From the NCBI GenBank assembly GCA_964234715.1, contig OZ174280.1: a stretch of DNA of 64,000 bases; one strand, given 5' to 3'. The position numbers and the translations under genes were made by a program. The stretch's first letter is position 1, and the number at the start of each line of letters is the position of its first letter. The notes beneath the pieces were generated by a model, which was not told where the DNA came from, did no database searches, and worked only from the letters and a program-made list of their open reading frames with translations. This document shows, one piece after another, positions 51,967 through 63,295 of the stretch. The DNA comes from Podarcis melisellensis. Lineage: Eukaryota.

Positions 51967-52435
51967 TAAGAATGGGTGTGTCTGTGTCTGTTTATTTCAC
52001 ATTTAAATGCAAAACAAACATAATTCACATTTTCTGAAGAAATAACACAAACCAAAACACAACTATCCTTCTAAATTTGCCCTTCTCTCTGTGTGGTGCA
52101 GGGCAAATATTGTGCATTAAAAAGAGTATATCATGAAAATGTGTACATAAAAATGCACATATTGGTGAAAATAGCATAGAAAAATGCATTATATGAGGGG
52201 AAATTATATACAAAATGTGTATATGAGAAGAAATACAATCAAAAACGCCAATATTGCAAGGGGTTGGTCTAAGTGACCCTTAGAGTCACTTTGAACTCTA
52301 CAGTTCTGTGATTTGAAGACAAATTCTTATAATAACTTAAAAAAACCAAAAAACTCCTGCAAGTTCATGCGAAGATGTGGAACTGAACTCCATATTATCT
52401 GGAGAAGCTGAAAACGACAGATTCGCCCATCCCTT
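51967..52435. mobile_element. Old hAT-type MITE with an embedded CR1-type tail (about 52258-52312)
   Basis: Decayed TAGGGATGGG-type termini (TAAGAATGGG / CCCATCCCTT); AT-rich interior. Confidence 0.55.
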
Positions 52436-53059
52436 GTCCCAGATTCCTCAGAACTCATGGTAGCTGCTTTTTGCTTCCTTAAGGAGCACAATTGATGCTC
52501 CTTTCTCTGTTTTTCCATTAAGTCAGAGAAGCCCAGCTCATCAGAGGTGTGTGGCAGGAGTAGATAATCCACTTTACCCTCACACTCACTACTTTCTTTA
52601 TCTTCATTCCCTCCCTTTCCATGACTTCCTCAGAGGTGAGGATTCTGGAATCTTTCAGCCTCTCATCAGCCCCACATTAATCCCTATTTGGACTGACTTC
52701 TGGCTGGGCTACTCATGAGCAAGCAGTTGGTCTTTCCCACAGTGTGCATTTCACCAAGTCTACTCTTGGTGTATGCATTGGAAAGGCAAAGTCAATCACA
52801 GTTCTCATCCTGTCTGTGTACATTCTGCAAAACAGATCTTTTGGCCACACATGATGGTGTGAAATTATATCTCTATAGGGAAATGTTGCAAGCAAACATT
52901 AGCCCGTACCCTGCCTAAACAAGAGCAAGAAAATCATCTCCATGTCAAGATCAGTTGTACTATGTAGCACAAGAACTGTGTTTCAAGTTCTGTGAAATAA
53001 ACTCAACAAGCTTATCCAGTCTCTAATTCTCTCTCTCTCTCTATATATATATCTATATA

Positions 53060-53375
53060 TAAAATTCTATTAAGTTTTCATATTTTTCCCTTGTCACATT
53101 CATATCAAATCATATAATCACATACAACTTTGCTCATACCAAGCATCGACTCCCCCCACTCCCACTCTCTGGCTTTCTTAAGCAATCATAATCTTCTTAG
53201 CATTTCTTTATCACCCTATTTACCTTTTTACTATACTTTTAAAAAATTACCGGTACTTTAGTATTTGTAAATCAGTTTCAAAAATTATCATTACAAAATA
53301 TTTACAATCAAATCTGCAAAGGATTTCAAATGTTTACAATATTCTTTCATATATTGTATAAATTTACTCCAGTCC
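53060..53375 (-). mobile_element. L1 LINE 3' end (ORF2 terminus and 3' UTR)
   Basis: Minus-strand DWSKFIQYMKE ORF2-end motif near 53340-53374, followed by an AT-rich UTR ending at a (TC)n(TA)n microsatellite. Confidence 0.65.
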
Positions 53376-54365
53376 TTTTCTTTTCTTTTCTTTTTTGATT
53401 TTATTGTTACCGTTTACATTAACACACCATACAGAAAAAGAAAATAAATTTCCATCACCACCAAAGAAAAAAGAAGAGAATTAATACATCAACTAATAAC
53501 CTTCAAAACATAAAATAAAAGTGGTCTTTTTCTGTCGACCAGACTTCCTGTCTATTCCTTATTACAGATTCTGTATTATTTGTTCACTGCCATTGCATAA
53601 CTAGTTTTGTTCAAATTCAGTATCCCTTGATCCATTCATAGGTTTTACCACATTCTTAACACTGCTACTGAAATTATTTGAACACTGCATATGACCTTAG
53701 ACTACTACTATTATTTTTCAAATATATTTTAAAAACTTTCCATTTTGAGATAAATACCTGTTTTATTTATTTATTTTATTTTTATATCTTTTCTGACATG
53801 CTATCTAATTCTGCGTATTCTGCCAATTTTTGAATCCATTCTAATCTTGATGGGACTTTATCACTTTTCTAATTTGCCACAATGAGAACTCTTGTTGCGA
53901 CCGTAGCATATAAAAAGATCTCTTTAGCCTTTTTAGGAATATCCAAATCTGTGATTCGCAAAAGGAAAGCTTCTGGTTTCCTATTTAAAGATATTTTAAA
54001 TATTTTTTCCAATTCTATGTGGATGTCCTCCCAAAACACCTTGATTTCTTTACACTGCCACCACATATGGAATACAGTACCTGGCTTTTCTTTACACCTC
54101 CAGCAGTTATTTGGGTCATTTTTTAACATCTTGGACAATTTCCAGGGGGTTAAATACCACCGATGCTGCATTTTAAGAAAATTCTCTCTCAGAGAGTAAC
54201 AGGCTGTAAAATTTCAATTTGTTTTAGGCAGGCTTTCCCACTGCTTCATTGTTATTGCGTACCCAAAATCTAGCGACTACTTAATCACAGCCGCTGTAAC
54301 ATCCTCCTCCTTGACTTCCCAGTCAAGGAGGAGTTGGTATACTTTAGAAAGTGTTTTAATTCTGG
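53376..54365 (-). mobile_element. L1 LINE 3' fragment with ORF2 cysteine-rich domain
   Basis: ORF 53869-54171 contains HRWYLTP...CWRCKEKPGTVFHMWWQC (L1 CCHC motif); FISKWKVFKIYL end motif; AATAAA and A-rich tail at 53376-53407. Confidence 0.9.
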
Positions 54366-54615
54366 AGTTCAGTGTGAATCAAGATCAGGACTATGATGTA
54401 GGAATGTAGGATTTATCCCTTTTCTTCAGTGCTGCACTTCTGGTGGAAATTGGCCTGTTGGTGTTGCTATTTTGTATCAACGAGAAGCTGCTATTGGAGC
54501 CCAAAAGTTAATTTCTGCCGCCCAACAGATGACATTTGGAAGATAAATGGAAAATAACTTCAGTCACTCATATACAATAGATCACTATTTTCTAGGTATC
54601 TGTGAAAGTGTATAA

Positions 54616-54655
54616 AGCCCCTGAAGAAGGCATTTTGGCTGAAACACATTGGGCT
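54616..54655 (+). ncRNA. Degenerate minimal type-I hammerhead ribozyme (Penelope-associated type)
   Basis: AGCCC-CTGAAGA-AGGC/ATTTT/GGCT-GAAA-CACA-TT-GGGCT: 5-bp stem I, CUGANGA and GAAA cores, stem II 3/4 paired, CACA where CGCG is expected. Confidence 0.6.
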
Positions 54656-54865
54656 ATTTATAAAAATTCATGCAGTCTTTCTTTTTGGAAGCTAATGAGT
54701 GTTTTTACCCAAATGTGAACTACCTGCTTTACATTCTATGGCAATTCAGTGACAAGGAGGTAGTATTGGTTGCTAATGTGGTATTTAACTGAGCTGAAGG
54801 AGGCTGAACAAGGGGCAGTAGATGAAAATTTCAGTGGAATGTTTTCAAAAGAGGAATAATTTAAC

Positions 54866-55023
54866 CAGGGGTGCCAACTTGAATAAAATATTGGGGGGCC
54901 CACATGATCACATGACACAACACACCATCAACAATGCCCATCAACTTCAGAGGGGCCCTGCTCCCTCAAATATTTTATTGGGGTAGTCCAAGGAACCTCA
55001 GCCCCTAGGGGCTGGTTCCTGTG
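54866..55023. mobile_element. hAT MITE (family shared with 58782-58931)
   Basis: CAGGGGTGCCAACTTGAATAAAATAT...TGATCACATGACACA...CCCTCAAATATTTTAT; TSD AATTTAAC / AATCTAAC (7/8). Confidence 0.85.
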
Positions 55024-55219
55024 AATCTAACCATTCATTGTCAAAGTAAACAAGTATTTCCCTAAACTGTTAGAGCTGAAACTTCACAAATTCACTTAGG
55101 CACAGTTTCCGTATTTTGCTGTACTTTATTTAATACTTTTGTATTTGTTTTGTAAAACTAAAACAAGCTACAAAACCTCCAATTTTCATATTAAATACAA
55201 CTGAGTCTGAACATCTCCA

Positions 55220-55420
55220 GCTGTCTTTAGCAAGTCAGACCATTCGTGCAGTCTAACCCAGTTGTGTCTGCACTGACTGCCAAGATATCCAAGGTCTTAG
55301 GCACAGATATTTCCCAGACTTTGCTATCTATAAGCTTTCAAATGGAGATGATGGGAACTGAACCTAACATTTTGCACATCCAAATCATGTGCTTGTACCA
55401 TGGGACCAGTGACTCATCTT
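55220..55420 (-). mobile_element. Old tRNA-derived SINE (related to 29452-29648)
   Basis: AGTCAGACCATT...GTCTGCACTGACTG...GGAGATGATGGGAACTGAACCT; diverged. Confidence 0.55.
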
Positions 55421-56333
55421 CTAGCTGTGACTAGAAGTGGATGGACAGAGGAGAGCATACAACGAAAAACATAATTGCAGAATGAAACATATTCACCAGG
55501 GTTAATACATCTGCCCTATTCACTTTACCCTTCTGTCAGTTCAAGGGGAAGAGTTGGAGTTGGAGGCCTGAGGCAAGAAAGATCGCAAGGAAGGGAAAAT
55601 GGGGTAAAAAAACCCTATCTAGGGCTTGGGGATGGAAGTAAGTGAATGGGCATAGGAGGTTTAGAGGCTAGCAAATTGAGTTAGGGAAGTCAACGAGTAT
55701 TGTCTATTGACTGTAGGATCTTGTATATATCAGCCATTTTTATCATATAGATCTAATTATTTTAGTTTATATCTTAACAGGTAAGATCTGCCAAGTTGGG
55801 ATAGCGGTGGCAAGGTAAAGGCAAGGTTGAACAAGGCAAAGGAGGCTTATCACTAGTTTTGTTGTTTTAAACTAGGGAACAAGACTGACTTAGAAGCTTT
55901 AATAGGGACAGGGCAATACTACTTGCTCCAGCTGAGAGGTCTGATTTTCTGCCTCTTGTCACTAAACTATCCCTGCCTGACTTCACTCGGGGCCTGGTTC
56001 TGAACCTACTATGGAAAGCTCAGGTACTCACAATAGCTTTATGAAATAGATTAGACACAAGGCTACCCATCAAGTTTTGTCAGTCAGTGAGTGTTTTAAC
56101 CTGGTTCTCCTGACCAGACTGAACCTTCAATTTACTCCAGTATGTGTACTTCATATACACAGATGCTTAGTTTAAGTACAAAGTATTCCTTCTTCATAGT
56201 GATAATACTCTTTTTTTTTACCTTCTTCTTGCATTTTGTGTTCTCCTAGAGGGCTTTTTTTTTAAGCCCTTCCTTTTGCTCCACCTCTCCCCACTCTCCA
56301 AAAATGATTAGAAAGAATTATTGCCATTAGGAC

Positions 56334-56593
56334 NNNNNNNNNNNNNNNNNNNNNNNNNNNNNNNNNNNNNNNNNNNNNNNNNNNNNNNNNNNNNNNNNNN
56401 NNNNNNNNNNNNNNNNNNNNNNNNNNNNNNNNNNNNNNNNNNNNNNNNNNNNNNNNNNNNNNNNNNNNNNNNNNNNNNNNNNNNNNNNNNNNNNNNNNNN
56501 NNNNNNNNNNNNNNNNNNNNNNNNNNNNNNNNNNNNNNNNNNNNNNNNNNNNNNNNNNNNNNNNNNNNNNNNNNNNNNNNNNNNNNNNNNNNN
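56334..56593. other. N run (260 nt), assembly gap or masked segment
   Basis: Directly visible. Confidence 1.
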
Positions 56594-57004
56594 AGCCATC
56601 CAAGGAGCAGTTAGGGATGTTCTTAAATGGGGAAGACAAAGTAATCAGGGCCGCGACTTCCTGACTAAAGGATCCTCTTCCGGAGATGAAGAGCTGTATG
56701 TCTGAGCAAGAAGTACATACACTTTGTGTCTCCCTTTGAGACCGTTGAGGCCTTATAGAGCCACTTCATGCCATGCCGTTTCCAAATGTAAGGCCACATC
56801 GGGCACCTGATCATACAAACATGTGTGGTTCTAGGTCTGCACCAGGGAGAGCAGGAATCAGATCATCTGACCATGTATGGCTAAAATTAATGATATATGA
56901 ACCAGGTGCCATGTTGAAGATGAGATTAATGTAAGAGATAATGAAGTTACTGTAGACATCTACTGCACATCATTTGCTTATAGGATTCTGCTCTAAGACA
57001 TGAG

Positions 57005-57140
57005 CAGGGATGATGAACTTGTGACCATCCAGGTGTTGGACTTCCAATTCCCATCATTTGCAGCCAGCATGGCCAATGATGAGGGATGATGGAAACTGTA
57101 GTCCAACAGTATCTGGAGGATGATCTGTTCCCCACCTCTA
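57005..57140. mobile_element. Older palindromic hAT MITE
   Basis: Shares GTTGGACT.CAATTCCCATCAT...GGGATGATGG...TGTAGTCCAACA..ATCTGGAGG with the 33889 and 37655 copies; more diverged. Confidence 0.8.
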
Positions 57141-57284
57141 GTTTAGGAGGCTTCCTGAGCCCAAGGTTGTACCCTTTGACTACCTGGACTAATAACCTTG
57201 ATAGTATGACCCCACCTTTTATTATTCCCCCCCCTCCACCCATGTTTTTACACACACAGCTGCCAATTGAAGATAATCAGTTCA

Positions 57285-57398
57285 GAAACCTGATAGTGGT
57301 CTCTAGGACACAAAAGTGCTTTAAATATTAAATTTGTTAGTTAAGGTGCTTATATAGGACTCCTTTGTTATTTTTGCAGCAGACACACAGCCACCCTT
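57285..57398 (+). mobile_element. Penelope-like terminal fragment with decayed hammerhead
   Basis: CTGAT-AGTGGTCTCTAGGACAC-AAAAG...AAATTTGTTAGTTAAGGTGC...GGACTCCTTTGTTATTTTTGC; reverse-complement relative of 30525-30600. Confidence 0.55.
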
Positions 57399-58781
57399 TT
57401 GTCTTAATAACTGTCATAGAATCCATAACTATGCCCCAGTTGTTAGCTTAATTATGCCAGTGTCCTTCCTATCTCTTACTAATGCTGTAGGCCCATCATG
57501 TGCTGTATAGAGTTGTACCATCTTAGCCGAAGTATGTTGCCTTTCACACCTGTCAGATCCCTTCTAGGTTCCTGTGTTTGGGCAAGTGATAATAAAAGGT
57601 CCCTTTTATATTTTCCCAGTCACAGTCTTATGGATGTCTTGTGTTTTTCTTGTGTGTCTGAGGCATCAAAGGTGGTCCCAGAGGTGTGGTTGATGGTAGA
57701 GTTACAGTCTGAACTTGAAGGCAATTCTGTTTGATGTTGTTCTTCTCTTCCTCAATTGCTTCTTTTTCTGCTTCTAGGATCCTTTTTGTCCTCAGCCAAA
57801 ATACTTCCCTAGCCTTCTCATTCTTCTCTTCCAGCCAGCTTGCCCCCAGTCTTCTGAGACCAAGGCCAAGTGGGAGTATCTGGGATGGAAATGAAGTCCA
57901 CAAAGCTTTTAAAAGCAAAACAAGACTTTTCCAAACTTAGTGATTAGCATTCTTCATAGGATACATTCTTTTATATTTGGGTGTAAATGAATTTGGTATT
58001 TCAGATTGGACAAGTGGGATGTTAGAAATGAATTAGAATGAACAGGAAGATCACTTAATTAATACTGCAGGGGGTGTCCATTCTATAAACAGAAAACAGT
58101 GGATATGGAGTTCACGAGAACACACTTGAACAGGCATGACAATACCACTCTGCTCCTTCCATCCTAGATAAGAAGGCTTCCTCATCACACCTCAGTGTGA
58201 TCACGTTTGTCCTTGCCACATCACGGGCAGGGTAGGCAAGGAAATGGAGTACAGTGCATAGCTTGTAAAATGCCATTGGATGAGATTAGAGCAGGATGGG
58301 GCAACAATGTAAACAGGACAAGCTTTGTAAACACAACTGCAGCTGGGATAAATTTAGCTGGTTGGGGTTGCAGCCATAGCACTGCAGGACACTGTGTCAG
58401 GGCATTCTTGCTAGGAGGGGAAACTGGATAAACAAACACAGCTTGTCGCTTCTTCTTTGCTTTGTCCCTCAATTGTGTCCCAACATTGTTATTCCAGTTG
58501 GACAATTGTGCCGCACACTGAAGGAACCAGGCATAAATTTATGGGTATTTTGATGTCCTCATCCCTTTACATTACGTGTACTTATGGATATTTGCTTATG
58601 AGTGTGGGTCCTTTCTGACTCTCCTGAGAGCCAAACTGTGCCCACCAAATGTTATCCAATTCAAATACAATCTCTTGAATGTTCAGGAGTGTGTGCAATC
58701 TGCGTACTGTGTGTTTATTTTATGCCTGGTTCCTTAAATATGTACACTTGAAGGAAGAAACTCTTGAGCCAACACCAGGAG

Positions 58782-58931
58782 CAGGGGTGGCAACTTGAGT
58801 AAAATATGAAGGGGCAAGTAAGCCCTGCCCCACACAACTGATCACATGACACAGTGCACACACGCCCAGCCCCCTCAAATATTTTATGGGGGGGCTGAAG
58901 ATGCCTTGGCCCCTATGAGTTGACTCCTATG
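58782..58931. mobile_element. hAT MITE
   Basis: Same family as 54866-55023; TSD ACCAGGAG / ACCAGGAC (7/8). Confidence 0.85.
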
Positions 58932-59959
58932 ACCAGGACTATAATTAAAACACACAAAAACACAAACAGACAAACTCAGAGGTAGCATTCAGAAGTATGA
59001 AACATTATGAACATTATGCTACATTGTAAGGGGAAATATATTCCAAGAAGTATTTGGCTGCTATAGATGTGTGAACTACAAAGGCCTTTAACTTGCTATC
59101 TCAAGATATCTGAGGGTCTGTCTACGTTAACTTATAGAGAGAACACTTCAATTCCCAAGCCTTCATTACAAGGCATTTTGGAGATGAAAGTCTTTAGAAC
59201 TTTCTGAGTATGTTGATAACTTGCACACATACACTCAAAAGAAAAAGCCAGATAAATTTTATCGGTTTTTACTCTGGAAGCAATATGCTTTAAAGCAAGA
59301 TAGATATATATGCAGTGTAATGCTGGTCTATGCTGCAAGGCCATCTGATTTTCATTTCTTATCACATGGATGCCCGCATTCACCATTTCAAGCACATGCA
59401 TTCTCACACCTATCTATTGGCAGAAAAATCTGCATACCCATAACATGCTGTCCACATTTGATATAAAATCCAATGACATGTGACATTTGGAAAAGGTCAC
59501 TTCTCCCCCCAGAATTCATAATCCTGCTCCAGCCAAAGAATCCACAAGGTCATCATCTCTTCAGTGGGTCTATTGATTCCTCGGGGGGGGGGGGGATGAG
59601 AAATGGGATAGGGATTTCTTTATCCATCCGGCAAAAGGGGCTGAGGATGGAGAGGTTGTAGGATAATTACTAGGAGATGGGGGAGTTGCCTGTTAGTCTG
59701 ATGACAGCTTCAGAGATTGCATGAGAGAGGATAATTAGCTGAAAACAATTCAAGAGTCATGGACTCCATATAGAGCAGGTATCAACTACATGTTCATAGG
59801 GAGTTATGAAGTAAAGGTCAGGCAAGAGGGGAGAATGGTTTTGTACTTGAGTCATGCTTGTGGACTTTCCATAGGCATCTGGTTAGCACTGTGAGAATAG
59901 GATGCTAGACTAACACGCTTGGCAGGCTTGATATAGCTTGCAGGCCAAGGCCCATGCCT

Positions 59960-62120
59960 GACCCTAGAGTGGATTACTGCAATGCATTTACAGGTAGTTG
60001 TCTTTGAAAACAGTCTTGAAACTTCAGCTTGTCCAAAATGAGATAGCTAGATTGTTAACTGGGACTGGCCTTTCTGATCATATGTGAGTATTTGTTGTTT
60101 GTATCTGTCTGTCTTGTGACACAATGGAAGAGTGCACCTTTTGTTGTAAAGTCAAACCTTTGGAGAATTACAGTGCCTGCTGTGACTGTAGAGACCAATG
60201 CAGGAGAGACACGTTTTATTGCAGGTAGGACAGATGAAGGCATCTGGTTTTGCTGCTACAGGTGCATCATGGTGTTTCTTTTATCTGTGCTCATCCCAGT
60301 AGTCATTCCTCCTCTGGTGGCTGCTGTGGATACACGAGCTAGCTGACTCTAGGCATTTTGATCATCTGCAAGGGATTCCCATACAGCGGGGTTAATGTTG
60401 TTAACCTTCATATCTCATTTTCAGACATCTTTGTAACACAGAGTTGGTCTGGCAACAGGCCTAGTGCCTGAAGCCAGCTCCCTTTAGAGGACGTCCTTGG
60501 GGATCCTGCCATCTTCCATTCTTTGGACATGATCAAGCCAGCATAGACATCACTGAAACAGAAGCGTGAACATGCTGGGAATGTGGGCTTGGGGGAACAC
60601 ATATTTGTTTGAGACTCAGTCCTGGAAGGCATTGAGACGTTGCTACTGTCAGGTGTCAGTTGCCTACAACTCACTTCCATAAAGCAGTGGGCTCAATTCA
60701 CAAGCCTGGTAGACCTTCATCTTGCTATTAGTTGTTAGTGTCACATTTTCCCATACCCTTTTGGAGAGGTGAGCCATTGCCCCAGCTGCCTTGCCAATAC
60801 ACTTGTCCAGCTCCGTGTCGATGGAAAGTGTCGATGGAAAGGTAGAGCCCAGGTAGACAAAATAGTTTACCATCTCAAGAGTGTGGTCACCAGTGCTGAT
60901 GTGTGGAGTACTTGCAACATCCTGACCCAGGAAGTTGGTCTTTGTCAGGCTGATGGTGACGCCAAACTAGGTGCAGCCTTTTGCAAAACAGTTGATGAGT
61001 CTCTGTAGAGTGGTGTCAAGGCTGTGTCATCTACAGACACCATCTCTCAGATAAGAACCTTCCACACTTTTGCCTTGAACAGACCCCTGTCAATCCTTGA
61101 ATGGAAGTATGCACCACCTTCAGTTGAGCTGAAGGCATAGGAGAGCAACAGTGAAAAGTATATGCCAAAGAGTGTTGGAGCAAGAACACGGTCCTGTTTC
61201 ACACGGCTATTTATAGGGAAGGCGCCTGAGGATACTTCATACTGGACGGTGCTGTGCATGTTCTCATGGAAGGACACAATCATCTTGTGGAGCTTAGGTG
61301 GGCATCCTATCTTGCTGAGCAGTGTTAAGGGTCCTTTTTGGCTGACAAGGTCAAAGACCATTGTCAGGTCTATGAAGGTGATGTACAGGGGGCATCTCTG
61401 CTCTTGGCATTTCTCCTGGCTCAGTGAGAAAATAATGTCAACTGCTGACCTGAACTCTAAAGATGCATTATGACTTGGGATAGGCCCTGTCAGCGAGTAA
61501 CTGTAATCTGTTGAGAACTATGTGGGCAAAGGCTTTCTCTACAGTACTCAGCAGGGAGATACTATGGTAGTTGTTACAATCATGGCAGTCACCTTTGTTA
61601 TTATAGAGGGTCAGAATGCCGGGATCGTGCAAGTCTTGTGGCATGGATCCTTTCCCCCAACTACTCCCATGTGAAGAGTGGGTCAAATTCAAAGTGCTGA
61701 TTTTAATGTTCAAAGCTCAAAATGTCTTGCGGCCAGGTTCCCTAAAGATCAACTCCTCTTACACTTACTTACACTGACCCTAGGACCTTTAGGAGTTCTT
61801 TTCAGGGTGCCAAATGAGGTATGGTGGGTGGCTGTCAGAGAAATGGCATTTTTATTGGTGACACCCGAATGCTCTCCCCAGAGAGACTCACCTGGGGCCT
61901 ATGTTATGGTCTTCCTAGTAGCAGACGGCGACGTTTTTCCTGCTTTAAGATCTAAAGTGGCTTTACCTCAGTTGTGTGAGTGTAAGTTTTATTGTTGCTG
62001 GATTTACTTATTTATTTTAATACCATGGCAGGCTTTATTCCACTTAATTTTTATGGTTTTTAGTTTTTATTGTTAACTTCCCATAGGACATTGTTAATTG
62101 GGTGGTATACAAAGGATGCA
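59960..62120 (+). mobile_element. L2 LINE 3' portion split by an RTE insertion
   Basis: Left part encodes RVDYCNA...KLQLVQN...ARLLTG (59960-60085); right part resumes QFKVLILMFKA (about 61680) and runs to an L2 3' UTR. Confidence 0.75.
60090..61670 (-). mobile_element. RTE-clade LINE fragment (about 1.6 kb, RT to C-terminus), frameshifted
   Basis: LYNNKGDCHDCNNYHSISLLSTVEKAFA; IGCPPKL...SFHENM...VKQDRVLAPTLFGIYFS; FVYLGST...KMKVYQAC..SPLLYGSE; same family as 50078-50560. Confidence 0.92.
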
Positions 62121-63072
62121 AATCAATCAGTGGATCAATTTATATAGTCCTGGGTTTAACCACATGCTCATGGTGGTTGGATGAACATAGCAGTTGTGGC
62201 TTTATTACTATAGAATCAAGAGTGTGTGACGAACAGCCACCTGGACTGCAATTTGTTTTTCCTTAGCAATTGGTTATTACTACAGGCAGTGGTAACCCTA
62301 GCTCTCTTGTCTCTTTCCTCTCCTTTGCATATTTTTGACTCATGCTTCTTCCATGAAGCTCAAGGATATTGTATCCTCACAATAAACCTGTAGATGTACT
62401 TTAAATTGCATATTTGTGATACAGGTTTATGTGAACTGATGTCATATTTCTGGTGTGTAGTCATGAGCAAGATCAGCCCTCATAATCACATAGCTGTCTA
62501 GGTTTGCATACAGCCAGACTGAAAGTAAGTACATGACTCCTGGGGAGGGCAGTATGGTCAGTGTTCCTGCAGAATTTGAATGGACTGTCTCTTACTATGG
62601 TACCAATCTGCATGGCACAGTTAACAGCAAATAGATAGCATGGCTCTGTGAAGCTGAGCGGTACATCAGCATGCGAACTTCCTGGCACGTTCCTGTTGAA
62701 TGCTGGAATGTATAGGAAGCATACAGAAAAGGAAGCCCAGTGTGCCATTGTACAACCTTTCAGTCTTACACTTTGAGAAGCAAAGAGTGTACTTCTTTAG
62801 CTTGCTTCTCATTCTTCCAATGTGCAGCACAAATACTTGGGTATCAAGCAAAATGCCAGAAATCAAACACACTGCAAGAATGATTCCCAAATAAATGCAA
62901 CGTCTTTATGGAAGGCTCAATTTGTAGGCGATTAAGCCGTACAACAACAGTATGCTAGGATTGCTAGATTTTGTACCCATCTTTGCAATCAAAATGAGGT
63001 CTAGTAATTAGAATTTTGAAGGTACCAGAACAGACATTCTACAGTAAATTTGCCTACCATTGAAAGACAATA

Positions 63073-63295
63073 GGCTGGATTCAATTATAAAGGTGGGCTA
63101 ATGGGAGCCAGTGCAAGGAGTTCTGCTAGTGCAATGGAACTTTCTCTCCTCTCTTCTCCTCCCTCTGCATGCCCCACAACCTAAATTGACTAAATGTGTG
63201 TTGGGAGAACTCCCAGAACAGCACAGGGAGAGGAGAGGGGAAATTGTTTCATTGGGAAACTGAAATGCTTGTGCTGATGGAATGATTGGAAAAGT
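63073..63295. mobile_element. Old MITE-like repeat (related to 15564-15801 and about 44226-44445)
   Basis: GGCTGGATTCAA start and a loosely palindromic body similar to the other two copies. Confidence 0.4.

Noticed and set aside
57628-57918. Minus-strand coiled-coil-like ORF (EEKNEKAREVF...EAEKEAIEEEK) as an exon or viral relic
   Set aside because: Charge bias follows from a purine-rich strand; shares terminal features with the putative LTR at 12062-12547; no viral or cellular motif recognised.
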